Positions 1-15,745 of a stretch of DNA of 64,000 nucleotides are shown one piece after another. The translations under genes were made by a program, and so were the position numbers. Under the pieces are notes generated by a model. The model searched no databases and had not been told where the DNA came from. It was given only the letters and a program-made list of their open reading frames with translations. This DNA is from the human T2T-CHM13v2.0 reference genome, Homo sapiens, in the NCBI RefSeq assembly GCF_009914755.1, contig NC_060932.1, one strand, 5' to 3'. Every line of letters begins with the position of its first letter. Position 1 is the first letter of the stretch.

Positions 1-3000
1 AGATTCTAAGGTCACATCTCAAGGAACTAGAGAAACAAAAACAAACCAAACCCAAACCCAGCAGAAGAAAGGAAATAACTAAGATCAGAGCATAACTAAA
101 TGAAATTGAAACAAGAAAATACAAAAGATAAATGAAACAAAAAGCTGGTTTTTTGGAAAGATAGATAAAATTGATAGACCATTAGCAAGATTAAACAAGG
201 AAAGAAGAGAGAAAAGCAACATAAGCTCAATTAGAAATGAAAGGGACATATTACAACTGACACCACAGAAATGCAAAAGGTCATTCAAGGGTACTATGAA
301 CACCTTTATGTGCATAAACTAGAAAACCTACAGGAGATGGATACATTCCTGAAAAGATACAACCTTCCTAGCTTAGATCGGAAAGAATTAGATATTCTGA
401 ACAGACCAAAAACAAGCAGCAAGATTGAAATGATAATTAAAAAATTACCAACAAAAAAAGCCCAACACCAGATGGATTCACCCAGAATTCTACCAGACAT
501 TCAAAGAAGAATTGGTACCAATTCTATTGACACTATTCCACAAGATAGAGAAAAAGGGAACAGTCCCTAAATCATTCTATAAAGCCAGTACCACCCTAAT
601 ACCAAAACCAGGAAAGGACATAACCAAAAAAGAAAACTAAAGACCAATATCCCTGGTGAATATAGATGCTAAAATCCTTAATAAAATACTAGCTAACCAA
701 ATCCAACAACGTATCAAAAAGATAATCCACCATGATCAAGTGGGTTTCATACCAGGGACGCAGGAATGGTTTAACATACACAAGTCAATAAATGTGATAC
801 ACCACATAAGCAGAATCAAAAACAAAAATTACATGATCATCTCAATAGATGCAGAAAAAGCATTCCACAAAATCTAGCTTCCCTTTATGATTAAAACTCT
901 CAGCAAAATCGGCATATAAGGGACATACCTCAATGTAATGAAAGCCATCTATGACAAACCCACAGCCAACATAATACTGAATGGGGAAAAGTTGAAAGCA
1001 TTCCCTCTGAGAACTGGGACAAGACAAGGATGCCCACTCTCACCACTCCTCTTCAACATAGAACTGGAAGTCCTAGCCAGAGCAGTCAGACAAGAGAAAG
1101 AAATAAAGGGCATCCAAATTGGGACTCCCGCTGTCTGCTGATGATATGATTGTTTGCCTAGAAAACCCTAAAGACTCCTCCAGAAAGCTCCTAGAACTGA
1201 TACAAGAATTCAGAAAAGTTTCCGGATACAAAATTAACGTACAGAAATCAGTAGGTCTTCTATATACCAATAGCGACCAAACTGAGAATCAAATCAAGAA
1301 CTCAACCCCTTTTAAAATAGCTGCAAAAAGATAATATAATAAAATACTTAGGAATATACCTAACCAAGGATGTGAAAGACTTGAACAAGGATACAAAACA
1401 CTGCTGAAAGAAATCATAGACAACGCAAACAAATGGAAACACATCCCATGCTTGTGAATAGGTAGAATCAATATTGTGAAAATGACCATACTGCCAAAAG
1501 CAATCTATAAATTCAGTGCAATTCCTATCAAAATACCACCATCATTCTTCACAGAATTTAAAAGCAAACAAACAAACAAACAAAACCAGTCCTAAAATAC
1601 ATACAGAACCAAAAAAAGAGCCCACATAGCTGAAGCGAGACTAAGCAAGAAGAATAAATCTGGAGGTGTCACATTACCTGATTACAAACCATATTATAAG
1701 GCCATAGTCACCAAAACAGCATGGTACTGACATGAAATTAGGCACATAGACCAATGGAACAGAATAGAGAACCCAGAAATAAACCCAAATACTTACAGCC
1801 AACTGATCTTCAACAAAGCCAACAAAAACGTAAAGTTGGGAAAGGACACCCTATTCAACAAATGGTGCTGGGATAATTGGCAAGCCACATGTAGGAGAAT
1901 GAAACTGGATCCTCATCTCTCACCTTATACAAAAATCAACTCAAGATGGATCAAGGATTTAAATCTAAGACCTGAAACTATAAAAATTCCAGAAGATAAC
2001 ATTGGAAAAACCCTTCTAGACATTGGCTTAGGCAAGGATTTCATGATCAACAACCCAAAAGTAAATGCAATAAAAACAAAGATAAATACTGGGATTTAAT
2101 TAAACTTAAGAGATTTTGCGTGGCAAAAGGAACAGTCAGCAGAGTTAACAGACAACCCAGAGTGGGAGAACATCTTCACAATCTATACATCTGACAAAGG
2201 ACTAATATCCAGAATCTACAGTGAACTCAAACAAATCAGCAAGAAAATAAACAATCCCATCAAAAAGTGGGCTAAAGACATGAATAGACAATTCTCAAAA
2301 GAAGATATACAAATGGCCAACAAACATATGAAAAAATGCTCAACATCACTAATGATCAGGGAAATGCAAATCAAAACCACAATGCGATACTACCTTACTC
2401 CCGCAAGAATGACCATAATCAAAAAATCAAAAAATAATTGATGTTGGCAGGGATGCAGTGAATAGGGAACACTTCTGCACTGCTGGTGGGAATGTAAACT
2501 AGTACAACCACTATGGAAAACAGTGGGGAGATTCCTTAAAGAACTAAAAGTAGAACTACCATTTGATCCAGCAATCCCACCACTGGCTACGTACCCAGTG
2601 GAAAAGAAGTCATTAAATGAAAAAGATACTTGCACACACGTTTATAGCAGCACAATTTGCAATTCCAAAAACATATATATATACTGTATATAGTATATAT
2701 ATACAGTATATATATACTATATATAGTATATATATACAGTATATATATACTATATACAGTATATATATACAGTATATATACAGTATATATACTGTATATA
2801 TAGAAACTGTAGTGTATATATATACACTATGTATATACTATATATATACACACTATATATATATATACTATATATGTTACTCAACCATAAAAACGAATGA
2901 ATTAATGGCATTCGCAGTGACCTGGATGAGACTGGAGACTATTATTCTAAGTGAAGTAATTCAGGAATGGAAAAACAAACATTGTATGTTCTCACTCATA

Positions 3001-3240
3001 TGTGGGAGCCAAGCTATGAGGATGCAAAGGCATAAGAAAGACACAATGGACTTTGGGGACTCAGAGGGAAAGGGTGGGAAGGAGTTGAGGGATAAAAGAC
3101 CACAAATTGGGTGCAGTGTATACTGCTCAGGTGATGGGTGCACCAAAATCTCACAAATCACCACCAAAGAACTTACTCATGTAACCAAACACCACCTGTA
3201 CCCCAATAACCTATGGAAATAAAAAAATAAAAAATATAAT
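1..3240 (+). mobile_element. LINE-1, L1PB-like; degraded ORF2 plus 3'UTR, 5' part lies outside the window
   Basis: ORF fragments match L1 ORF2 ([45 protein letters not shown]). The 3' end reads actcatgtaaccaaacaccacctgtaccccaataacctatggaaataaaaaa. Many stops and frameshifts. Confidence 0.93.
2670..2878. repeat. AT-rich (TA)n/TATATACAG compound microsatellite inside the L1 3' region
   Basis: Directly visible repeats of tatatatacag / tatatactg / tatatacta. Confidence 0.9.
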
Positions 3241-5959
3241 AAGCAGAAGCAGAGGATGAGAGTGGAAAACTGGGCTAGGCCAGAAATGGCCTTTATGCAC
3301 TTGGAGTCATAATGTTTCTGCTTCACCAATGATTAACAGTGATTTTCCTGGCTAATAGAATCTTAATCATTATAATGAGGTAGGACTGTTGCCTTTGAAT
3401 TATGGAAATTATAGCTGTTAAGACCTGTTCCACAAACACAGGTTATACATATTATCACATCTCTTTAATCTTCTTTACAGTTAATCACCCAAGTCTCCAC
3501 GGGGCTTATTAGCAGGAAGGCTATTATCTCCTCTTGAGATCCCTCCCACTGCCCCTGAATTGTCCATGAATCCTGACTTTACTCAGGCCAAATGGGTCAG
3601 TCCTCCTGCAGAAGCCCATAGCTGGATCTGTCTGTGACTGCTGCCCTCTCTGGTGTCTGCTATATGGCACCATTTGCACATCCGTGTCACAGGGTACCCA
3701 TTTTGGGTGACAAGGTTACAACTCTCTTTGTTTACATTTCCATCCTCAGCCATTGTTCCCTAAATCATAACCACTGTGCCAGGCTGGCTGGTCTGGAGGC
3801 GCTTCTGGAGTTGGCCTCATGCTAGTCTGAAATTAGTCCTTCTCCTAGAATCTGAGGCCATTTTGTTGAGCCCAGATCAACAGCCCAGATTCCGCCCTTC
3901 TTTAGGATCACTTTATTTCCATGGCTTCCAGGACCTTCCCTGCTCCGGGACCTTAGTCAGTGTCATCCTGACCCAATAGATCTCTCATCCCCGGCCTCCA
4001 GTTCGAGGAAACGGGGATGAAGACACTAGGGCTTCCCTCCAGAAGGCCCTGGGCTCCTTTTTCCACACAGATTCTCCTCCTGCCAAGTGTGCAGATTGTT
4101 TCTCGGGGTGGCTCAAAAGGTAGCAGTTTGCAAGATGGAGTTTAAAAAACAGTTTGTTGCCCTGCCCTAATGCTCCCCCAAAATGCCTAATTGCTTTATA
4201 TTTACATAACTAAGAAAGACACCAAGGGATTCTTCCAAAAACAAAGATCTTCTTCAAGGTGATCTTCTGTTCTGCCTTTAAAGAGAAGTAGTTGCAGTTT
4301 ACTTCACTAAAATAATTAATTTTTGTCTAACCATGTCCCTATTTTATCAGTGATAATGTGCTCATAAATTATACGACAGATTATGTAATTTGCCCAAAGC
4401 AGAAAGAGGTCTCAGACCCCAAACCCATGCATTTAACCACTCTGCTTTACTACCTCTTGTCATTCAATTCACATGCTACCATGTCATTATTTACTTTTAT
4501 GTCTCGGATACTGTACTCTTATTAGTTAAGTTTATTGCAGGAATATAAATCTCTTTAAGTGTAGGCACTCTCTTCTGGGCTGTTGCTGAAAGAGAGTGGG
4601 ACAACAGGTGTATTTGTGAACTAGTAGAAAATGAGTATATTTACTGCAGAAGGAAGTTGTGTTTTCTCTGCAAAGTTAGATCACAGAAGGGAGAATGATA
4701 CTTATCTATAGTTCTGGAGGGTTGAAACCGAATAGTAAATGGGTGTTAGGATCAATACATATTGTTAAGAAACAGTGTTCTATAAATTTCATGATTTAGG
4801 AAAGCTGTCTACAAAGCTGGATTAATCTTTTTCTGCTGAGGGCCAAGTTTACTTTGCTCTGCCCCTCTCTGTGCAAGTGTAAGACAGTCAACTGACCTTT
4901 CAGATTATCAGCTTAATGATAGTTCTCTCTCAGAATTCTTTAAATTTAAGAATAATGAAAAAAAAGTCCAAAGAGATCTTTTTCATCATTTCTCTTCTCC
5001 CTATTATTATTACTCTCCTCAATGAAATGAAAATGAAATGCCTGTGTATCCTATTTCATAAACCAAAACCAAGTTCTGACACATTATTGGAAGTTTATGT
5101 TGCTTTAGAGGAAAACCATGTTGGCTATAAACTGTTGCATTATCTGGAAATCATACTGTAGATTCCAGGAGGTCAAGGCGTCTCTGGCAACTTCTATATA
5201 TTTATAGGAGAACCGACTGCCTCTCCTCTAACAAAACCTCAATGAGACCTGACTCCTAGCCAGCTAAGACTCGGCATGGTCCTCCCTGCGTCTTCAAATT
5301 CTAGGACTTTCCCTCATGTGCTTGCCTTGGACTGGAGCTGCAAGCTACCAAGCCAGTGCCAGACTGGGGGCCAGGCTTACAGCAGAGCTTCCACTTACCC
5401 CAAATCTGCCACAGAATTAATTCCCTACGTTTGACCTCATATTACTTTGTTTTGTTACTATCATTGTTACTGCTTTAGTATTGTTGTTGTCGTTGCTTTC
5501 CTGTATATATTTAAGACTTGTGGCTTTTAAAACTAGTTTGGATTTAAGATACACAATAAGTTCTATCATTTGAAAATGATAAATATAGATGTCCTTACAT
5601 CAATTGTCTTCAGATTTCGGATATATTTAGCCTTTTGACTTTATCCAAAAACTAAACATTCTGATTGGCCCTCATTTTAAAAGGGAAGAACCTGTTTCTA
5701 TTTATTTAGATTTGTATATGCTCTATATTGGGATGAGGGAGCTTTTTGTACTGAAAGAAGTTATGTATTTTCCTACAGGTTAGATAAAATCTGTGTTTTC
5801 CCTTGGCTAGGTTTATGCATGCTGTATAAACAAAGGTGTTCTGGGGCTCCTAAGGAAGCGGTCTGAGGACCATGTGTCTCACCTAGTTCTCCCACATGCT
5901 CTCCCTGGTGACTGTTGGCACTGACCAGAAAGGTCTAGAGTGGTGGAGAGAGAAGCTAA

Positions 5960-6180
5960 TAAACAATTCTTGAAAACCTACTATGTGCCAGGACTATGCT
6001 TGATATACATTTGCTTTGTTTTATTTAACTTTCATAACAATCCCAGCAGGCAATTACCATTTTCCTTATTATATAGATGAAGAGATTAGGTATTATAATT
6101 AATCTAATCTCACAGAGCCAGAAGTGGCAGAGCCAGGAGTAAAACACAGCTCAGACTCCACAGCCAATGCCTTTCTGTAC
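5960..6180 (-). mobile_element. MIR SINE fragment
   Basis: ctatgtgccagg...attatatagatgaagag...cacagagccagaagtggcagagccagg resembles the MIR core; boundaries approximate. Confidence 0.6.
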
Positions 6181-7469
6181 CCTACACCGTCCATCATGGA
6201 TTTAGGTAGCCTGGGGACCTGAACTCCCCACTAGGTTTAAGGTCTAATTCTTGAATGAAACCTCACGCATTTCTCTTAGGTTCAGGGACAATCAGATTGT
6301 CAGAGTAGAAAGAGACTTTGGATTCAACATTTGCTAACCCACTGGCTTCCTAACTTCTTCCTAAGGCCTTCACTCTGTGAAGTAGGTGCTAGGGTTCCCT
6401 GCTAATGAGTACTAAGCTTCTCAAGGGCTTGAGCAGGCTTGTTAGTCTTTTTAGGGCCAGCTGTGCACCAACTATGCTGTTGTTGTGTTGAGGCCTTAGC
6501 ATTCCTCACTTCAAATCAATTACTTCTTTATTACCTTAATACATCACTGGCCATGTGGCTGATTTGGAATGTAAAGGAGACTAACCCTGTAGGATAATAA
6601 CTTTCACTTGGCACACAAAATCTATACGGATATTCAGAGCATTTGCTTTTAAAAAATGAATATTCTGTAGCCTGTGCTGCCTGTTTATTCTTATTTAGAG
6701 AATTTCGTCATTTTAATAATTTGGTAATATTTTACTGGTAGGTGCGGAGATATGTAAAAAAAAGTGTATTTTTTTCTTTTCTTGTGGATTTAAAAAATGT
6801 TTAGAATTTTTATTTGCAGCCTATAAACAATAATAGTACTTTATCCTTTCTTATTTTTGCCTATATTACAAGCAAGTAATTTCATTTAAATTGACTTTAA
6901 GCACATTCCTTTGAAAGAAACCGAAGATTGTTATCTTTGGCAATCCTGATTAGATTTCTTCCTCAGACAACAGTTTATTAAGTTTGTGCTATGAATGTGG
7001 GCAGGTGGTTTGACTCGGTGGAGCAAGTAGTGGGCACTCTAGAATTCTTTTTCTCCAAGTACTCAAAGGCCTTTGGAAGAATTTCCTCTCTGAGCATTTA
7101 GATGTTCCTTCTACTCTGTGAGGTGAAAGTGTGTTATGTGGTTTTATTTTTCACTTATTGAATGCCAATTACATGCCAGCCCCAGGGTTGTCTTACATGT
7201 GTTATCATATCTCATTTAATCTGAAAAAGGATTATGGCATAGGCACATAATATTATCTTCATCTTTCAGATAAAGAGGCATAAGTTCAGGTAAATACATA
7301 TCCCAGTAGTTACACAGCTAGTGCCTAATGATAGCAGGATTTACCAGATCTGTCTGCCTTTTTCAAATATAACACCTTGCCTGGGAATGAGCTAGCAGAA
7401 GACTTTTAGAAGATGAGACTGGAGAAGTGGCTTCAAATTTCATTCTAATCAAGACACTAAGCTTTGCAT

Positions 7470-7840
7470 TTATTTATTCCTTCATTACCATTTATTGGGC
7501 ACCTAATGTGTGTCAAACAATCTAGGAATTGGCGACATTACAATGAATAAAAAGCATAGATCCCTGTCTTCCAGAAGTTTACTTCTGGTTATTGGAGGTT
7601 TTGAGCCAAGAAATGACATGATCTGGCTTAGCTTTTACAAAGACCCTCCTGGCTACAGTGTGAAGCATCACCTGAAGAGAGGTGAGGGCTTCAGCAGCAA
7701 GCCCAGTTAGGAGGCCACTGCAGCAATCCAGACAACTGCGGGGCTTGGACCACAGTAGTGGCCAAGATGAGAATTTGGATTTTATATGGACTTAGATGGA
7801 AACACCAATGGGATTGCTGAGGAACTGAATGTAGAAATTG
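7470..7840 (-). mobile_element. L2 fragment
   Basis: tattcattcc...tttattgggcacct...atgacatgatctggcttagcttttacaaag...aggaggccactgcagcaatccag resembles the L2 3' region; boundaries approximate. Confidence 0.55.
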
Positions 7841-9145
7841 CTTGTCCATGTTTTAACTGCAACTATGGTCAGCCTGCATCCTAAACCTATGCTTTTTAAG
7901 TTATGTTAACATGCTGAAGTACAAAGTGACTTCACAACTATATTCAATTTCATGAAAAACTGTAGCTCCTCCTTTTCAGCTCCTTAGGCTTAGGAAAGGA
8001 GAGTGCCTCTTGGAGCCTGGAAGAGGCAGGAGAGAGCTCTGTGTCCCAGAAGCATTTGTCATCCAGGCTGCAGTTAGCCAGCTGGCTCCTTCAAAAGCCA
8101 CACACCTGGGTGGCAGCACATATGTGGTTATACCTGAGATATGTGGTGTGTCCATCTCAGAGCCACTCAAAGTCCATTTTAACCCTTCCCTATGGCTCCC
8201 CATGAGGAGGTGGGAAAACGAATCCTCTTAATAAGATTTAAGCACAGCTTCACATTTTTCTGTCTTTGTTATTTCTCAGAAATGCCATTATCAGTCTGAG
8301 TCAGAACAGATATTAATTCTTGGTCACAAAGTAGCACTTTTGGCATACTCTCACCATTTTTTTAACTTCAGAAACAGCTTCCTTGTAGGTAACTTTCACT
8401 GAGCTGACATTGTCAGCCAAAAATGGTTCTGGAGCCACTTCATCTGCCATAAAATTTAATAAGTCCAGGATACAAATTTGTGTATCACAAGTCAATAAAA
8501 TTGCCACCAAGCTGTTTGTGTAGTAATAAGGTCAATAAATGTCATCCTCATTCAATTAATTTTCATTGACCTTAAGGAAATGACCTTCTATTTCCAAGTA
8601 GGAGAAGAAATTGGCCATGGAGAAGCATAACTGTTGCATCTGCTTTTCAGTTATTACATTACTGAAGATAGCATGGGCATCTAGCTATGCTTGTATATTC
8701 AGACTAAAAAGTAATCTACATGGCTTATCCTGAAGTAGACCCAAATGATTTAATTACAATTAAGATCATTGAAAGACCCCACAATATGCTTGGGGTCATC
8801 CTAACTGCATCTTCCAGATATGATCTAATATCTCACTGATCTTGGCCATCCATTGGGTTCTGCTGGGCAGGATATCAAGTTAAGGATGTGATGAGAGGCT
8901 CTCACTTTCTGGCCTGCAAACTGCATTTGTCACAACCCCTTTCTCCATTAACCTGGCCTGGAGATCAGCCCTGAAGTTGCTCCTTTGCTGTGCTGGCCAT
9001 ACCCTGAAGGAGACAACCACACCAGTGAGAGTTGAATGCCTCTGATTTCCTCCTTCCTCCACAAGGCAGATGAGGGACCCTGCCATTTTTTTATAAAATT
9101 CAAAATCAACTAAAGTATCACTTTTTTATTTTATTATTTTCCCAG

Positions 9146-9237
9146 GGCTGCGTCCAAAGAGGACTCTGCGGCTGGTGCTCTGGACTGCAGAAGAACAAGG
9201 TGGAGTTGGTGCCTTCCAGTATTATCAGTTACACAAG
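9146..9237 (+). CDS. CPQ: Carboxypeptidase Q internal coding exon (probably exon 6), phase 1 start, phase 0 end
   Basis: Acceptor ttttattattttcccAG (9144-9145) and donor AAG|GTAAAA (9238). Translates (G)LRPKRTLRLVLWTAEEQGGVGAFQYYQLHK, which contains the M28 'AEE.G' motif (catalytic Glu plus Zn-ligand Glu). Joins in frame to the exon at 45747. Confidence 0.96.
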
Positions 9238-10399
9238 GTAAAAACCCAGCTGTGGATTGCTAAGCATTTGTACATGTAATATACAAAAATCCCTCTCATT
9301 GTCCATTTAAGACTTCAATAATACTTTCTGGTCAACTGGCCCTAGGAAACACCCTTGTATGAGCCTTCTCCCTCCAGCCCTGTGAATGAGAATGCACTGG
9401 TAAACCAATGATGCTGTGGTGTAGAGCTGAGGGCTTTTCTTCTTCTACACCACAGTCTGAGGCCAAAGAAAAATTCCAATTGCCATGCTGCCATTTTTTT
9501 CAAGTCTACCTAGTTCTGCTGTATTCATGTATGTCAGAGAAATAGTTATAGGCAAACATTCCCTCTCCCCACCGAGCCTATCCCCATACCTCAATGCCCG
9601 CCATATTCCCAGAAGCCTTGGCATTTGAGAGCCAGGTTCCAAGTCATTGAGTCTGCCAAGAGCATTGCCATGATGGTGGTGGAAATGGCAGCAGCCACAG
9701 GCCTCTGTCCCAGGAATGTGGAGGACAGCTTGGTTTGACACCAGCTGTCATTACACAAGTGTGAAGCTTGAAGCAGGAAGGTTATTGTGGATGGTCATGA
9801 TTAGAAATACAAGACCACATGGAAGAGAGGGGATAGGGAGATTAATATCAAGAGCAAATTTTGAGACAGCAAAATATACAAGCTGAGAAATACTCTAGAT
9901 CAAGTCAAATGTTAGTTCAAAGAGGAACTCCAAAATCAACGCGCATATGCTGGCAAGCAGTGATGGTTGCCCAGAGAGGAGCATTTGGTCTGCTGCTGCT
10001 GCTGGATGGTTTCCCCTGAATGTCCAGATGAGAAGAAGCAGATCTTGCAAGCTTAAATTATCCAAATCGGAGAAGGGTTTCTTTTGTGAATTGTGTGTAT
10101 GTTATTTTTGACCTTTTTTTTTTTTCAAAGTCAGTCTCTATTACCCTATTTCAGTCAGTTAGAGTATAATGAGTTCAAAGTCATGAATTTGGTCACTGAA
10201 TACAATTATTTACTGTACAAAGGACAACTTATGACCTATGCCCTACTCTTTCACCACTTTAGTTCTTTTGGCCTCAGGTGATCCTGGGGATAACATAATT
10301 CAAGACAAGTGTCCTTTGGTTGGTAGGTCAGTAACATCATTTTCTATGTGTTGTGGTAGACCACAACATCATATAAGGGTTGTTCTAGATTCAGCAACA

Positions 10400-10860
10400 T
10401 TCAATTAATATTTTCTGAACATGTACTATGTTCCATACACTATGTTATGCATTAATGTTAGCATCAAAAAGATCTACCCTGACCTTACAAAGCCTACATT
10501 CTAAAGGACACTGACGATTAACTTGAATTATAAGGTGTTAAGTCTTTCTGGGAAAGAAATTACATCTAAGCTGAGACCTGAAGACTGAGTGGAAGTAAGC
10601 TAAGGAAAATGGAGAGGGAGGGAGGAGGTGGGTACTGCACCTTGGCAGAGGGACCTGTGTGTGCAAAGGCAGGAGATGAGACAGAGGAAAGCACACCAGA
10701 GAAATGGAAAGGAATTCAGAGTGGCTGCTGCATAGAATGCAAGATGCACAGTGGTAGGAGGGTGGAACAGAGACGTAAACAAGAGCCTGAACAAGAAGAA
10801 CATATGAATCATATTTAGACGTGCGGACTTTATCCTCGAGGCAAGAGAGTAACTTATTTT
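10400..10860 (-). mobile_element. L2 fragment
   Basis: attttctgaacatgtactatg...ctaagctgagacctgaagactgagtggaagt...tgtgcaaaggcagg resembles L2; boundaries approximate. Confidence 0.55.
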
Positions 10861-10916
10861 TAAGAAGAAGCTCTAAAATTCTATACATATTGGACTTTAT
10901 ATAAAAAAAAGAATAG

Positions 10917-11225
<309 letters not shown>

Positions 11226-11889
11226 TCTTTTATTCTCAGTAATACACTCTACTCCAAGAAAAATATTGGATTTAAATTGCAATTGATCTGGCTAAAAATT
11301 TTATCATCACTGAAATTCCTAGAATGTGAAAAAAGAAGGTTTATTTTTCTGTAATGTGAGTTTCACTGTAGCCTATCAAAGCACATGGATGAAATCGGAA
11401 ATGCCTAAAATTCTGAGGTTGGCAGAAATACACACACTCAAAGGACATGCAATCACATAAACAGAACTACTTTATCTTGACAGCATCCAGGCTGCCTCCA
11501 TACAAATGTAGCTTCATGTTGGTGGCTAGTCTGCATTGCATTTTCAGAGATAGAAAGAAGAAATTCCAGAAAGGGAAAACATTGGCATTTTGTTTTACAG
11601 TAACTCTTTACCTCGCCTTTAAAAAGACATTGTGCATGCTTTACATGATACAGCCAATTTCAAAGGACTTATTCTGGATTCTTATGATTAGCATATTGAT
11701 ATTGACATTACTAAGACTATAATCATTTCAAAAGTGGCTGAGTTTAACTTAAAAGTTAATATAATAAGCAAGTCACAAACCACAAGGGTAAATTAGATTG
11801 TCTTTAGACTTCTCTGTGGCATTACTGAATGCCAGCAGACAGTCCAACAATATCCAGTTCACTCCAGTCACAACAGAGAGATCATCTGT

Positions 11890-12300
11890 TCCAAATAAGG
11901 TTATGCTAACTGCTGAAACAAATAATAGGTCAAATTTCAATGACCTAACATAACCCAGAAATATATTCCTTGCTCACTTAACATCCAATCTACAGTAGGG
12001 CTCTGCTTTATACAGGTATTCAGTGATCCAAGCTGACATACCCTTTAAAAACATGGCTTTAATATGCCTTTGAGTATTGACATCCAGCTGGCAGGCAGGG
12101 GGATAGTAGGAGGTTTTTATGGGACAGTTCTAGAAGTGGCTGACGTCATTTCTACTCACACTCCATTGGCAAGAACTAGTCATGTAGTCCAACTGTGTGA
12201 GAGGCTAGGGCATACAGGCACTGGCTGAGCAGCCACTTCCCAACAACAGCTCTATACTGTAGGCTGGGAGCATTCTATAGCTATATTCTCTATCTTTGGC
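11890..12300 (-). mobile_element. ERVL-MaLR LTR fragment (MLT1-type)
   Basis: tcatttctactcacactccattggcaagaactagtcatgtag... resembles MLT1; boundaries approximate. Confidence 0.5.
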
Positions 12301-13012
12301 AGAAAGCTGACCCACTCTAGGGTCTTCCTTTCACTTCGTTCTGGCTTTCTAAACACTTTAGCTGCACAAGAGGCCAACTGCCCTGAGGTCTTTACCTCCC
12401 ATGGTGCTCAAAGTTGAGATCAGCTCTGTGAGCTGCCTAAAAGTACTCATCTTCACCACTACCAGGATGCCTTTGTCTAGCAACACACAAAAAGAAAAGG
12501 AGTCACAGTCTTTGACCAGAAGGACCTTACATTTTACTTCAAAAATAACTTTAAATGCACACATAAGAAAGTTAGTATAACAAACCATATATAATGAAGT
12601 TTTAAATAATGTACTAAAAGTATTTTATTTTTATGGATGATGCTATCATTGACAAAGTGCCAAATGGTGTAAAGGCTGAACAGAGTAAATGGAAAGGATT
12701 TAGAAAAGGGAGAAATCACTATGGCATGTTAGTCGTGAGGAAGGAGGCAACACCTAATCCTTGCAGAGCAAGTGGATTTCAGCCAGTGATCAAGAGGGGA
12801 GAGAAGGGACAGCAGCTCCCCTTTAGATGGATGATAATGGAGTCTCGAGGTCTGCCTTTGGCATTGGTGTGGGTGATACCAAATAAGAACAGAACTTTTA
12901 TGGCGGGGGTGGGGAGATCTATTTTAGTGATTGTAGAAATAAAAGGTGTGAACTTTTTAAATGACTCTGCTAACATTTTTATGATACAGTTATGGTTATT
13001 AGTGATCTATGT

Positions 13013-13193
13013 CAGGAATCAGAAAATTATAGCTGATGGACCAAATCCAGCCTGCCACTTGTTTATGTACAGACTTCAAGCTAAGAAGTTTTTTCATATG
13101 TTTAGCTGATTATGCTACAGAGATTGTATGTGGCCCACAAAACTTAAAATATTAACTATCTGGGTCTTTACAGAAAAAGCTTACCTACTTCTG
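13013..13193. mobile_element. hAT-Charlie MITE (MER58-like)
   Basis: Degenerate CAGG...CTG terminal repeats, ccaaatccagcctgccacttgtt...tttacagaaaaagc, flanked by NTCTA-type 8-mers (atctatgt / gtctataa). Confidence 0.65.
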
Positions 13194-14289
13194 GTCTATA
13201 ATGATAAAAGTCATAAAATATCATCACATTATTTGTATACAATGATCTCTTTCTCGTTTGTATGACCTAAAATATAATTTTGTAAATTTTGTTTCGAGCC
13301 TAATATTAGCCTATGTAAGTATATTGTAGGAAGATATTATTGTAATGATAAAAGCTTGCATGCACAATCTTTTTTTTTTTTTGCATTCTTATCTGGCAGT
13401 CTTTAATAATAAAGTTGGCTAAACCTACATGGCACTAGCTAGGGAGAAAAACAATACGTAGATTATTATTTCTTCTTTTTGTTTTTCTGAATGTAACATT
13501 CTTTCTTCCCCCTCACAAAGTCTTTTCAACAGCGAAAGTTCTACAAAGGCTATTTTAATAATAAATCAGTTTGTGGAATAATGAATTATTAATATTCATT
13601 ATCCTTTCCTTAGTAAATATATCTTTGTTTACACTGTACTCTAATTAATATATGCAGAAAATATAAAATAGTTATTTTAAATTGTGGGTAAAATGTATTG
13701 CTGAACTAATTTTCAAAATTGTAGTTGGATTAAAAGCTACCTTTACTTCATAATTATGCTTTCTTATGACATATCAGCTCAATTATTATAATACGTGCTA
13801 GAATTTACTAAATTTACTAAACAATTTATTAAATTATAAAGGATGTGAGGCTATTTATAGCTTGTGTATACATTTTGAAATTCATATGCAACTTTATTAT
13901 AATGTCTAAAACACTTCAAGGAAACAAACTTTGGCAAAAATGGTCTATAAGCATTTTAGTAGCAGTTACTAAGTAAATAACTCAAACAGGAAGTGTTGAA
14001 TATCTCACTGTAGTACTATACACTAGAATATAAATCATTCCTGAGATCCATTCAGCATGCCTCTAACAGTTCATAGCGGAAAGTCCCATAAAAGATTTCT
14101 CTTCTTAAGAAAATGCAAGTTCACATGTTTCAATAAGTTGTTAAATTTTCTCTCCTTATTTTAAAGTCCTTTTCACCATGTCTTTGATTGTCTTGGTATT
14201 AGCACATAAGCTTGAGAATGACTTATATGGACAGTATATTGTTTGTGCTTTATTTAGAAGCTTCTTTTAGAAGCAACTCATTTTTCTTG

Positions 14290-15310
<1,021 letters not shown>

Positions 15311-15419
15311 TATGTGTTTATATTTTTCAAAGTACAGTTCTGAAGAGTTACAAGAAAAATCCTGACTCCTCTCCTAATGGCCACTATTCTTTTGCCCTCC
15401 CTGCTTCTTCTTGCCTTAA

Positions 15420-15745
<326 letters not shown>

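Noticed and set aside
2617-3222. 201-aa ORF with Y/I-rich repeats
   Set aside because: Translation of a TA-rich microsatellite plus L1 3'UTR; no gene context.
12633-13109. 158-aa ORF
   Set aside because: No recognisable domain or splice context, and it ends inside a MER58-like element.
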